The notes: generated by a model not told the origin, from the sequence alone. Positions 1 to 12,231 are shown, numbered from the stretch's first letter. The stretch is DNA of 56,247 nucleotides from Cyanophora paradoxa CCMP329 (GCA_004431415.1 QPMI01000301.1:1-56247); one strand, 5' to 3'. Numbers and translations: made by a program.

Positions 1-106
1 AGCGCGAACCTCGAGCCTCGCACCAAAAACCCTCGAGATTGGCGGCAACAAGGGAGCGAGGCCAGGGGCGGGGAAGGGGTTGGGGGAAGGGGCGCCCGGG
101 GCGGGG

Positions 107-1418
107 CTACTCGGCGGGGGCGGGGGCGGCGGCCTTGGGGGCGACGACCATGATCATCTGGCGGCCCATGAGGTTCGGCTTGCTCTCGATCGTCATCTTC
201 TCCGCCAGGTCCTGCCCGCCCCCGCCTCAGAGCGGCCCCGCGGGGGCCCGGGCGGGGCAGGCGGGCGCACGTTCTGTACGCGCTCGAGGACCTGCACTCC
301 GACCTGCGCCCCCCCGCCGCTCAGCCGCCTCCCGGCGAGGGGCGGGGCGGGGCGGGGCAGGGGCGGGGCGGGCCTGCTGGAGGGCCATCTCGCGGCCCTG
401 GAAGCGCAGGGTGAACTTGATCTTGTGGCCGTCCTCCAGGAAGCGCGTCGCCTGCCGCATCTGCAGCGCCCGTCAGAGCGCCCCCGGCAGCGGCAGCGCG
501 CCGGGCGCGGCGGGCCTTGACGTTGTAGTCGTTGACGTCGATGCCGGGGCGGAGCTTGATCTCCTTCACCTCCTTCGTCGCTTTCTGCTTCCCCATCTTC
601 TTCTGCATCTGGTACCTGGCCGCGCCCCGCCCCCGTCGGCGCCCGACCCGCACCCGCCCCGCAGCCCCGGGCGCCGGCGCACTTGTACTTCCCGTAGTCG
701 ATGATCTTGGCGACGATGGGCTCCTGGTTGGAGATCTCGACGAGATCCAGGCCGGCCTGCTCCGCCCGCGCCAGCGCATCCGCCAGCGACACCACCCCCA
801 CCATCTCCCCCTCCTCGTCGATCAGCCGCACCTGCCGCCCCGAAGCCCGCACGTGAGCGCCCCCGCCCGCCACCCGCCCTGCCCCGGCACCCGCACCTCC
901 TTCGCGCGGATCTCCCTGTTGATGCGCGTCTTGTCCTTCTCGGCCACTGGCGGGCCGCGGGGCGGCATGGCGGCCAGGACCTGGAAGGTCGAATCTGGTC
1001 GAAGGGGGGCGCGTCAGGCGCGTCCGCTGCCCGAAACGGGACGCCAAGCTTTCGGACGGAGCACCGCTAGCTGCTTGCCGGAACGCGGCGGGGGCCACCG
1101 CGTTGCCAAAGACGGCCGAGCGATCGGAGACGGCCGAGCCGACAAACCGCGAGGTCGGGAGGCCACGGAACGAGACGCCGCCGCACGAAATGCACCGGCA
1201 GATGCCCGCGCAGCTACAGCCAGGGCAGCCTGCAGGGAGGCCCGGTGATTGGGGCGCGGAAGCGTGCGGATCGCCAAAGCTCGCCGGCAATACGCACCAG
1301 TCTGGCGTGTGGTCAACCGGTGCTCCCGCGCCGGCGAGGTGCAGATCGTGCTCGCATGGGTCGCAGGAACAGCCACGCCCGCCGCTGTGCGAACCGAGAT
1401 GCTCGAAACGTATGCCAT
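107..1418 (-). CDS. infC: Translation initiation factor IF-3, organellar (probably plastid-targeted), multi-exon
   Basis: Spliced exons read [50 protein letters not shown]|YQMQKK...[19 protein letters not shown]|[25 protein letters not shown]...[16 protein letters not shown], which are the bacterial-type IF3 N and C domains. Stop TAG at 107-109. Likely start MAYVSS at 1418 followed by a Ser/Ala/Arg-rich presequence; 5' exon structure is uncertain. Confidence 0.9.
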
Positions 1419-1594
1419 CTGCGCTGCCGCTTGAGCCACACTGCAGTCGAATACACGGCAGCGGACAGCGCTTGGCGGGGGCGGCCCGAACCTGCGCCTG
1501 GTATCTTGATTGTCCTGTACCCGACGTGAGCGATTGTACCCAACTATACCGAACTCGGAACTCTCCCGAGCTCGAGGGAGCGCCCGCAGGCACC

Positions 1595-2945
1595 ATGGCG
1601 CGTGCGGTGATCGCCAAGCACATGTCTACCTATCCTATCTACGCGACGGACTGGAGCGCGTCCGACTTCATCCTCATCGGCGGCGGCGGCGGCGCGTCCA
1701 GCACCGGCATCCCGAACGCGCTCACGGTGTGCAAGCTGCAGAAGCCGGACGCCAGCGCGAGCAAGCAGCAGCTCGACCTCCTGTACACGCACTCCACCGG
1801 TTCAGGCGCCGTCGGAGGCATCGCGGTGCACCCAAAGAAGGACGAGATACTGTGCGTCGCCGGTGGCAGCGTCGAGGGCTTCGCGTTCGGCGCGGACGCG
1901 AAGAAGAGCGTCAAGCCCCTGCGCGGGTCGTCCAGCGCCCTGCCGTTGGAGAAGGGCGCCGTGCCGCAGCGCTTTGTCGTGTTCAGTCCGGACGGGAAGC
2001 TCTTCGCGGTGGTGGCCGAGGACAAGGACTGCGCGGAGGACGAGGAGGTGCAGAAGGCGGGCGATGACGCGGCAGCGGGGGAGGCGCGCAAGAAGGAGCG
2101 GGAGGCGGCGCGGGAGCGGGACCAGCTCGTGGTGCGCGTGTACGAGTACGAGAGCATGCAGCTGGTGGCGCGCTTCAAGTCGCACTCGAAGACCGTGTAC
2201 GACGCCTCGTTCAGCCCGGCCGGCGACTTCCTGGCGACCGCGTCGGCGGACCACACGTGCGCGGTGTGGGCCGTGCCGGCGGCATCTGCGGGGGACGGGA
2301 AGCGGAAGAAGACGGGGGAGGAAGGGGTGGTGGCGACGAAGCCGGCGGCGACGCTGAAGTGCCCGCGGCAGCCGGCGAAGTCGGCCTTCCGCGGCTGCCG
2401 CTTCTCCAAGGACGGCAAGTTCCTCTACACCGCGCAGGTCCCCTCGCCCCGCCCGCCCGGCCCCGCCGCGCGCCCGGCGCGGGGCCGACGGCGGGGCGCA
2501 GTCGGAGCGGCAGGTGCCGGCGCACGTGACGCGGTGGCGGGCGGGGGCGTGGGAGGAGGAGGCGACGGCGGTGGCGCACCCGCGGCCGATCACGTGCTTC
2601 GCGGCGTCGTCGCGGGTGCTGGCGGTGGGGGCGGCGGACGGGAGCGTGGCGCTGCTCTCGGCGGAGGGGGCGATGCGGCGGCTGGCGGAGGTCCCCGCGC
2701 ACCTCTTCGTGCTGACGGGGCTCGCGTTCAGCCCCGACGAGGCCCGCCTCGTCTCCGTCTCCGCCGACGCCTACGTCGCCGTCACCGACGTCGCCCTCGC
2801 CCTCCGCCGCCCCGCCCCCGCCCTCCCCGCCGCCCTCCTCCTCCTCGCCCTCCTCGCCCTCCTCCTCGCCCTCCTCCTCGCCCCCGAGCACCCCGCCCTC
2901 GCCCCCCTGCGCCAGCGCCTCTCCTCTCTGCCCCTCTTCAAGTAG
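1595..2945 (+). CDS. SEC12: Sec12/PREB-like WD40 guanine-nucleotide exchange factor for Sar1, with C-terminal membrane anchor
   Basis: N-terminal YPIYA...[16 protein letters not shown] (Sec12 K-loop motif). WD40 repeats such as [30 protein letters not shown]. Hydrophobic tail [16 protein letters not shown]. One intron at about 2438-2500. Confidence 0.85.
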
Positions 2946-3138
2946 CCCGCCCCGCGCCCCCCCGCCGCCTCCTCTCTCCTGCATCAATCTACTTCCTCTG
3001 CCTGCTAGCTGCCTGCCTGCCTGCCTGCTACCTGCTGCGTGCTGCGTGCTATGGCCTACCCCGCGGGGAGCCGCCCTGGGGCAGCTGCGACCAGGAGGCG
3101 GGCCCGAGCTTGGGGGAGTTGCCGCCGCTGCCGGACAG

Positions 3139-5122
3139 TCAGCGGGGCGGGGCGCGGGGGCGGGGCGGGGCGGGGGCGGGGGCCGGCCTGCTGCTGGTGG
3201 GGGTGACGCCGGCGCGCGGGTGGGCGGCGAGGGCGGCGAGGGCGTTGGGCCAGTTCGCGAGGTTGTCGCGGTACCTGCGCGCCCCGTGGGCGAGGCGGCG
3301 GGGGCGGCGGGGCGGCGGGGCGGGGACCAGGCGGCGGTGGCGCGGACGGCGTCGTCGAAGTCGGCGCGGGGCCGCCACCCGAGGGCCGCCAGCTTGCTCG
3401 AGTCCAGCCGCCGGCGCACGTCCTCGTGGGCCCCCACCCCGACCCGCCCCTGCCGCCCCTGAGCCCCCGGCCCGGGGCGGGGCGGGGCGGGGCGGGCGGG
3501 GGACCTCGGTGAAGTGGACGGCAGCGGCGGCGTCCAGGCCGAAGAGGCGCGCAACTCGCGCCGCCAGCTCCCGCACCGTCATCTCCTCCCGCGCCCCCTG
3601 CCAGCGCCGCGTGAACCTCCCCGGGCTGGCCCCGCGTCGCCGGCGGCCTCGCAGGCAAGCTCACGATGTTGTACGTCTCGCCGACGCGGCCGCGGTGGAG
3701 GGCGATCTCGAGCGCATCAAGGTAATCCTCGATGTAGAGCCAGCCCTGCCGTCGCTCGCCCCCCGGGGCGCGGCGGGGCGGGCGGGCGGGACGGGCGGCG
3801 CACCCGCACGTCGGACCCGTCTCCGTGGATCACCCTGCGGCCGGCGTCAGCGGCCGCCACGCGAGGCGAGCTCCGCCCCGCACAGATTCTGCTTCTCCAG
3901 GGCGCGGCAGATCCTGCGTGGCGGCGAGTCGGGACCGGCGGGGCGGGTCGGTGGGGGCGCAGGGCGGACGGACCACTTGGGGAGCACTTTCTCGGGGTGC
4001 TGGCGGGGCCCGAAGCAGCTGTTGGAGCGGAGGATGATCGTCGGCAGGTGGAACGACGAGCGGTACGCTGCGGGGGCCGTCGGTGGCGGTCGGGGGAGGC
4101 GGCGGGGGGGCGGGGCGGGCCCTGGACGAGCAGCTCGGCGGAGGCCTTGGTGGCAGCGTACGGGTGCGTCGGCCCGATCCGCTGGCTCTCCTCGATCGCC
4201 GCCAGCCGCGCCGGCGACGGCCCGTACACCTGCCGCCCCGCAGCTGCAGCCGCCGCCGCCTCGCGCGGCGCCCGGCGCGCGGCCCACCTCGTCCGAGCTC
4301 AGGTGCACGATGCGCTTGATCTGCTCCTTGAACTGGTTGCAGCACTCCAGGATGCAGTGCGTGCCCACCACGTTGGTCGTGCAGAACGCCAGCGAGTTCC
4401 CCAGCGTGTCGTCCACGTGCGTCTGCGTTGCAGCGTGCACTATGCAGTCCACGTTCTTCGTCCTGATCACGTGGCACAGCAGCGCTGCGTTGCAGATGTC
4501 CGCCTGCTCGCCCCACTCCGTCGGCGCCCACAGAGAAGGCGCCCGAGAGAAGGCGCCCGGGCGGCCGACGCGCGCGTTCGTACCTTAATGAACGTGAAGT
4601 TGGGCGCCTCAGCGATCTGTGGGGACGCGTCTGGCGAGGCCGGGCAGCAGGGCGGCTGGGGCATTTACTGGCTCGAGGTTAGCGATGCAGCTAGAGTAAT
4701 CCTGGGTCGAGAGTGAGAGATACACACACAGCAAAGCGCTCAAAGCTAAGCGCTCGGGACGGACCAGCTTGTCGATGACGATGACATGCGTGTCGGGGAG
4801 CTTGGCGACGAGCCTGAGTGCAAGGCTCGCTCCGATGAAGCCCGCGCCGCCGGTTATCTGTTCCGGACGCTTTTCAGCACCGCGCCAGCAGCATGTACGC
4901 GACTGCATGCATGCGCAGGTGGATGGGCGGCTAAACTCGTCTGCGCTACCGCCGGCCAGCGCGAGCGCTCTCGGGAGCTCGAGATGCTCAACTAGGAGAG
5001 GTCGCGCCCGTCGGCGCGCGTGGCGGGAGGTTCCCAGTGCGCTGGCGGTTCCGGTCGCTGGAGAACCCGAGAAAACGCACCAGCACGCATCTAGGCACGA
5101 AATCCTCCTCGTCCACGCTCAT
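3139..5122 (-). CDS. NDP-glucose 4,6-dehydratase (RmlB/TGDS/RHM N-domain-like extended SDR), multi-exon
   Basis: MSVDEEDFVPRCVL|ITGGAGFIG (Rossmann motif), VIDKL|DYSS, HAATQTHVD, TNVVGTH, HLSSDE|VYG, PYAATKASAE (YxxxK), GPRQHPEKVLPK, IHGDG, LDSSKLAALGW. First intron at about 4858-5080. Confidence 0.88.
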
Positions 5123-5208
5123 TCCGCGGTCCTCCTCGGCCTCGTCCAACGACCAGGAGAGTGAGGGGTCGAATCCCGCGGGGGTGGGTTTTCAAGGTCG
5201 CGCCGACC
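5123..5208. promoter_or_regulatory. Putative bidirectional promoter (dehydratase/RTF1)
   Basis: Only 86 bp separate the two divergent start codons. Confidence 0.55.
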
Positions 5209-8107
5209 ATGCCGAAGAAGAAGCGCTCCGGCGACGACGATGTGCGTGCATTGGGTGATAGGATGTTTCCCAGATGCTGATGTGCAAAGCTTTTGGCAGA
5301 GCTCGGCGGAAGAGGGCGAGATCAGCGAGGAGTCGGACTACGAGGCCGAGGCGCGGCCGAAGAAGGCGAAGAAAGCTGAGAAGAAGGAGCCGGCCAGATC
5401 GTGCGTGCATCCAGCGCTCGCGCCGTGGTGTCCTGACCTTGCTCATCGGGCGCACCGCTCCGCAGCGACAAGGGCCGCAAAAGTGCGCCCTGCGGAGCCC
5501 TGCCGCGGCTGTGCACGATGTTGTACGGCAGCCTCACGCGCTGCGGGCGCAGGCAAATCAAAAGGGAAGTCCAGCGCGTCCGAGAGTGGCTCGGACAGCG
5601 ACCATTCAGAGTTCCAGTTCGAGTACGACGATGAAGGTTACAGGGACGATGACGACAGGAACAAGTCCGTGCCACGAACCCCCGCCCGCTGCGCTGGTTT
5701 CATACGGCCGGCAGGCTGTGGGATCTGCCCGAAATCGAGCGCGAGAGGATCCTCGCGGAGCGTCTCGAGAAGCGCGACGTGGCCAAGGACCGCTGGGAGC
5801 TCAAGCAGAAGCTGAAGAAGGCGAAGCGCGGGCGCGTGCAGGCTAGCGCGTCGGAGGACCGCGGCAGTCCGTTCCCGCCAGGCGCCGCGCGGAGCAGGGC
5901 GCGGCGGCGAGCGGGGGCGCAGAGCGGCGGACGGAGGCGAAGAAGGCGGACAAGCGGACGGCGGCGCTGGACGACATCCGCAAGCGGAAGGACTCGCGCA
6001 AGGAGCGGCCCCGCGGCGAGGAGGAGGAGGAGGCGCGCCCCGCAGCCGCCGCCCGCCCCCCGCCCGCCGCGCTCACGGGCGCGCAGGAGGGGGAGGCGCA
6101 GTCTTCGCCGGAGCGGTCGCCGGCGCGGCGCTCGCCGGAGCCGCGGCGCGAGCGGGAGCGGTGCGGCAGCGGGGCGCGGCGGGGCGGGGCGGGGGCTGAG
6201 GGTGCGGGGCAGGCGGGAGCGGGAGAGGACGCCGCCGGCGGCGAAGCAGGCGCAGCAGGAGCTCTTCAAGGATGACCGCGAGGCGCGCCTCCGCCCCCGC
6301 CGCCTTGCGCCCGGCGCGGCGACCCCGGCGAGGCGCGGCGCAGGAGGCGAGCGGGGGCGAGGAGGCCGAGATCCTGGACCTCGAGCGGCTGCGGCTCACG
6401 CGGGACCTCCTCGAGAAGTGGATCTACGAGCCGTGGTTCGACGAGGCGCGCGCCCCTGCCCCGCCACCCCCCGCCTCGTCCCCCGCGCGGCGCGAGGCGA
6501 GGGGGCGGGGGGCGGCGCAGGTGGTGGTGGGCCTCTACGTGCGCTTCGGGATGGGCATCCGCGACGGCAAGGCGACCTACCGCATCATGGAAATCGAGGG
6601 CGGGCCCCGGCGCCCCTCGCCGCCCCCGCGCCCGGGGCGAGCCGGGAGGGCGCAGGGGTGCGGGACTACCGCAAGGTGTACACGCTGGGCAAGTCCCCCA
6701 CGCAGAAAGGCCTCCTCCTCAAGGGCTTCTCCTCCAACAGGGCCCGCCCCCGCCCCGTCCCACCCGCCCCAGCCGCGCCCCGCCCCTGAGGCCCGCCCCA
6801 CAGGTCTCCCCCATGGAGTACGTCTCGAACAAGCCCTTCACGGCGGCGCGCCCCGCCCCCGCCCCGCGCCCCCGCGAGCCGCCGCGCCGGCCTGCCGGGG
6901 CGACGTGCGCCGCAGGACGAGTTCCTGCGCTTCCAGAAGCTCGTCCGCGCGATTGACGCCCGCGTGGTACGCGCCGCTGCGCCAGCGGCAGGCGGGGCGG
7001 GGGCGGGGGTGAGGGCGGGCGGGGCAGATCTCGAAGGAGGAGGTGAAGGAGCGGCGGAAGAAGATCGAGAGGGCGCTGAACCACGTGCACACGCCCCAAG
7101 AGGTCGAGGCGATGCTGCGGGCCAAGCAGGCGGTCGGCGCCAAGCCGCGCAACCTCGCCGCCGAGCGCGCCGCCCTCCTCATCCTCCTCGAGGAGGCCAA
7201 GGGCGACCCCGACCGGCCCGCCGCCCCCGCCGCCCCCGCCGCCCCCGCTGACGCCGCGCAGGCTCCTGGAGATCACCGAGGAGCTCGACAAGCTCGACGG
7301 CGAGATCGCGGTGCGCGCGCAGGCGGGCGGCGCGGCGGGGCGGGGCGGCGGGGCCGACGCTGGCGGGGCGGCAGGCGCGGCGGGCGCAGGCGGCGGCGGC
7401 GGGGGGTCGTCGCTGGTGGGCACGGCGAGCATCAACAAGCGGGCGCAAGAGGAGAACTTCAAGCGGCAGCTCGAGATCGACAAGCGCAAGGCCGAGGAGG
7501 CGGAGCGGAAGAAGGCGATGGGCGCCGCGAGCAAGCTGGACCCCTTCTCGCGGCGCCCGTGCGCCCCCACGGCGACGATCTTCGCCAAGGCGAAGCGCGA
7601 GAAGGAGGAGCGGGAGCGCCAGGAGCGCGAGGCCGCCGAGGCCGCCGCCAAGGATGCGGCCTCCTCCCAGCCCGACGAGCCCGCCGCCGCCGCCTCCGAG
7701 GTCCGCCCCGGCCCCGCACCCGCACCCGCAACGCCCCGCTCAGCGCCCCGCAGGCACGGAGCGGGACGAGCCCGGCGCCGCCCTCGGTGTCGCCCCTGCC
7801 GCGGGAGGCGGGCAAGAGCCCGTCGCCGATGCCTGCGGCAGGGGAGGGCAAGACGGAGTCGCCGGCGGCGCGGCCGGCGGCGGCGGGGTCGAAGGCGGCG
7901 GGGGCGGGGAGCGCTCTGCTCTCGGCGCACGCCTCGATCGACATCGACATCAAGATCGACCCGCCCGGGCCCTCCTCCGGCACCACCTTCCGGCCCCTCG
8001 TAGCCCGCCAGTCGCCCCTCCCCGCCGGCCCCGCCGCCCCCGCCGAGCCGGCCGCCCCCGTCAAGAAGCTCTCCATCCAGGACTACCGCCGCCGCGCCGG
8101 CGTCTAG
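5209..8107 (+). CDS. RTF1: RTF1 (PAF1 complex subunit, Plus3 domain), about 14 introns
   Basis: Spliced product contains DDDDRNKLWDLPEIERERILAERLEK and the Plus3 domain LERLRLTRDLLEKWIYEPWFDE|VVVGLYVRFGMG...TYRIMEIE...MEYVSNKPFT. Also LDPFSRRP and the C-terminal KKLSIQDYRRRAGV*. Confidence 0.9.
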
Positions 8108-8849
8108 CCCCGCGCCCCGCCCTCCCTGCCGCAGCGCCGCGGACCAGTCTAGTTGCGTCGCCTCTTACCTAGCTAGAGTGCACCGCGTTTGATTAGACCG
8201 AGCGCCTCGAGCGTTCACAACGACGCAACGACGCCGGGACCTATAGCTTCTCCTCCCCCATCATCGTCATCGCATGTCTCAAGCTCCACCGACCGTCGGA
8301 CAGTCGGACTCGGGGACCACATGCGCCCGCTCGCCGCGGCGCGCTCAGCGCCTGGGCATGGCCTGGCCATGGTGCACTGCGGCACGTGAGATCAACTAAA
8401 GCTTGGCTGCTTGGCAAGATCACCACTCGGCAAAGCCTTGAAGCCTGACTCAGTGAAGTTCTGGGCCCTCAGCATCCTGCCCGCGGCCCGGCGGCCCCGC
8501 CCTCGAGCTCAGCGGCTCGAGCTCGAGCTACTAGGCTAGCTATAGATCCCAGCCTGGGAGGCTCAGGCTAACTAGGCTATAGCTAGGCCAACTCAGCCGA
8601 GTCAGCGCAACTTTAGCTTCCCTCCGTCCCAGGCCCAGCCTGCAGCTGGCAGGCCCCGCTCAGCGGCTCTGCATCTCGAAGCCTGGTAGTAGACGGTAGT
8701 ATGCGAGTGCAGTGCCATCAATTTGCGCCGTCGTGCGCCATCGATCTGCATGCAGGGATGCGCCAAGGGTGCTAAAGTGGCGATGCTGCACAGACGCGCG
8801 ACCTGACGGCGCGTGCTGGAGCCCGCAGAGGTGAGGCCCCTGGGGCCCC

Positions 8850-11800
8850 CTACCCGAAGTCCTCCTCAGCGCCCGGGCGCGAGTTGCGCCGGAGCCAGGC
8901 CATCGGGGCCCCCACGCGCCGCCCCGGCCCCGGCGCCCCTGGCGCGCCCCCCGCCGCCAGCTCCGGGGCCCCCTCTGGGGAGCGGCGCCCGCCGCGACCC
9001 GAGTCGGAGCGGGACGAGGAGGAGGCGCTGCGGTCCCCGGGGGAGCCCGCCGCGGGGCCCTCCCCCGCCCCCGCCGCCCCACGCCGCGGCGAGGCCTGCG
9101 GGGCCCTCGCGCGGGGCCGGAGCCCGGCCCGGGGCCCCCGCGGAAGGTGCCGGTGCCGGCCGAGGTGGGGCGCGGGGGCGCCCCCGCCCCGCGCCGGGGC
9201 GAGGGCGAGGCGGGGCACGTCGGCGCTGCGGGGGCCGGCCCTCGAGCCCCGGGACCCCCCGCGGGGGCGGCGGGGGCGTCGGGGAGGTCCGGCGCGGGGG
9301 CGGCCCGGCTGCCTCCCCCTCCTCGCCCTCCGCCATCAGCAGCGGGACCGGCATCGCTGGCCCAGCCGCCAGCGCCGCCTCCCCCGAGCCCCGTCGCCGC
9401 CCGGCCCCGCCGCCAGCGCCTGCAGGGCGCTCCCGGGCGCCCACGCCTCGGTGCCGGCGCCGTGGCCCCCCGCTGCGGTCCGCATCAACCGCGCCGCTCG
9501 CGGGGCGCGGGGCGGGGCAGGGGGACCGGGGCACGTGGGGCGGGGGTGCGGGGCGTGGGCGGGGGGCTGGGGCGGGCGCTCGGGGGGCTCGGGCGGTGCT
9601 CGTCGGGGGGGCGGGGCGGGCGAGGGCGGCGAGGAGGGCGGTGAGGTGGGCGACGAGGGGCCCCGCGTCCACGATCCGCTGCGCCATCATCCCCAGCACC
9701 TCCAGCTTGCCCCCGACCTGCCACCCCGCCCCGCCTCACCCCCGGCCCCGCGCGCGCCGGGGGCGGGGGCGGGGGCGGGCCTCGGGGAGGAGCTCGAGGA
9801 GGAGGACGGCCTGCTCGCCCGAGAGGCACACCGCCGCGTCGCCGTCTGCCGCCCGCCACCTCAGCGCGCCGCCGGGCCGCGGGGGGGCGGGGCGGGGGGG
9901 GCACCGATGATGACGCGGGAGGTGGCGGCCGGCCCGTCGCCGGCCTGCCGCTCGTCCTTCACCCCGAAGGCGCGCCGCAGGAAGGAGAGCAGCAGCTCTG
10001 CCGACCAGCCGCTCGGCGAGGCGCCCCGGCCCCCGGCCCCCGCCCCCGCGCTGCTGTTCGAGCTGCACGCGCCGCCGCGTCGGGCCCGGCCGGGGCGGGC
10101 GGGGGGCGGGGGGCCGGGCGGGCCTGATCATGAGGTAGAGGCCCTCGAAGTCGGCGTCCGACATCCGCACCCGCCGCCGCTCCTGCAGCCCCGCCTCCGC
10201 CCGCCCCGCCCCGCCCGCCCCGCCCGCCCCGCCCGCCCCGCCCCGGCCCCGCCCCAGTGATGTGATGGGGTCCGTCTGGCAGGCGGCGTGCTCCGTGGGG
10301 CGCCTCTGGGCCCCCCCGGAGCGGAGGGGGAGCGGGGCAGGGAGGTGGAGCGGGGGAGGGGCGGGCTGGGGGAGCCGGGGCGGGCGAGGGAGGGGGCCGA
10401 GGAGGGGGCCCCCGGCACGGTCTGGCACCCCGCCGACGCCGTCGCCGGCGCCTCCGTCTGCGCCCACGCCGCCGCCGAGGGCGCGGGGGCGGCGCGGGCG
10501 GCGCCGCCGTCGGCGAGGCTGGTCTGGCAGGCGGCGTCGGCGCGGAACGGCTCGGGGCTCGCCGAGTCGGCGCGCCCGAGGCCGTAGCCGGCGCGACCCG
10601 GGGGCCCCTCCCCGTCCGAGCCCCGCGGCGAGGCGCCGGCCCCCGCCGCAGCCCGCCGCGCCAGCGACGCCAGCAGCGCCCCCGCCACCTCTCCGATCGG
10701 CCCCGCCCCCGCGGGAGCCCGCCTGCGGGGGCGGGGCGGTAGGCGACGGGGCGCGGGGGCCGGCGGGGAGGGGCGGCGGGGGCGGGGCGGGGCGCCCCGC
10801 CGCGCCCTCCTCGTCGGCGTCGAGCTCCTCGAGCATCTCCCGCAGCTGCCGCCGCCGGCGCTCAGCCGGGGCGGAGCCGGCGGCCGGCGCGCCCCGCACC
10901 AGGTCCTGCGCCGTGCGCTCCCGCTTGAGGCCGGCCGCCTCCTCGCCCTCTGCCGGCGGCGCCGGCGGCGGCGGAGGCGGGGCGGGGCGGAGGCCTCGGC
11001 GGAGCGGCTCTTGCGGCGGCGGTGAAGCTCGGGGGCGGGCCTGGGGGCACGGTCTGCGGGGCGGGGCGGGGCGGGGCGGGGGCGGGGCGGGGGCGCGCAG
11101 GCCGAGGAGGCGGGAGCGGAAGGCGTCCATCTCGGGGTCGACGAAGCCGTGGGAGAGCCAGCGCATGCCCTCCGCCAGGCCCTCGCCGCGCTGCGCGGAG
11201 CACGGCTGCAGCTGCCAGCGCCGCGTCGCCGAGAGGGCCGCCAGCTGCAGCGCCTCCGCCAGCTCCCCCGGCTGCAGCGCCCCCGCCACCTCCGTCTTGT
11301 TCGCCAGCACCAGCACCGTCTTGCACCGCACCACCTTCGCCTGCGCCCCGCTCGCCCCGCGCGGCGCGGGGCGGGGCGGGGCGGGGGGCGGGCCATGCGG
11401 TGGAGCTCGGCGCGGGACTCGGGGAGGCGGCCGCGGTCGGCGGCGTCGACGACCCAGATGAAGGCGTCGGCCTCGGAGGCGTAGGAGAGCCAGAGGGGCC
11501 GCATCTGCTGCTTCCCCCCCACGTCCCGCACCGTGAACTCCGTCCCGTGCATCGTCGCCCGCTCCTTGTTGTAGCCGTGCGTCGGCAGCGGCGTCAGCGG
11601 CGGCGCCTCCATCTTCTTCATCCGGTGCAGCAAGCTCGTCTTGCCCGCGTTCTCCAGCCCCAGCATCAGCACCCTGCAAGCCACCCGCCGTCAACGCCCC
11701 GGGGCGCGCCTGCGGGCCGCTGAGCGCCCTGCGCGGCGCACCGCATGCGCCTCCGCACGCCGCAGTTGACCAGCTCATAGAGGGACCTGCGGGCGGGCGC

Positions 11801-12081
11801 ACGTTCCAAAACCCGCCGCGAGCTCTAGCTAGGGACTCGAGCCGGCCATAACATAAATACCTGCTCTTCGCGACATAGGAGAGCCTCTTTTGATCCTCCT
11901 CACTGTCCTCCTCGATCGGGGCGTCCCGGCTGCGCCCAACTTCGTCGACGATGCCCCGCAGTAGCGCGTGCCAGTCGAACTCGGACTCGATCGCCCTCCA
12001 GAAAGGCAAAAACTCCCTGATCACTTGCCGCCCGAGCAAAGCGCCAAGCTTCTCCGTCGACGCTCCGCCAGTAGTGCCCAT
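8850..12081 (-). CDS. Atypical ARF-like small GTPase with N-terminal extension and long C-terminal region (possible DUF4476-like domain)
   Basis: RRRMR|VLMLGLENAGKT (G1), PTHGYNKE (G2), RDVGGKQQMRPLW (G3), IWVVDAADRGR, VLANKTE (G4), WQLQPCSA (G5). Downstream exons include MSDADFEGLYLMI...EQAVLLLELLPE...KLEVLGMMAQRIVD. 3' end is approximate. Confidence 0.7.
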
Positions 12082-12231
12082 CACACTTCGCGCATGTCGT
12101 TGACGTCCTACGGGCCACGGCACGCGGTTGGCAGTCGAGTCGGCTTGAAGTCGGCTTCAAGTCGGCGTGAAGTCGCTGCGGGGTACCGATCAAACCTGGT
12201 GGTTGCCGCCAAACTCGAGGCGCACAGAGCG

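Noticed and set aside
107-1418. Bacterial origin or contamination suggested by IF3 and the RmlB-like gene
   Set aside because: Both contain spliceosomal introns and sit among clearly eukaryotic genes.
1103-4588. Very long ORFs in the track (e.g. 1161, 939, 943 and 851 aa) as single proteins
   Set aside because: They are Arg/Pro/Gly/Ala-rich shadow frames caused by stop-codon scarcity at extreme GC content. They read through introns and antisense genes.
4858-5080. Unusually long first intron as a snoRNA host
   Set aside because: No clear C/D or H/ACA boxes were found.
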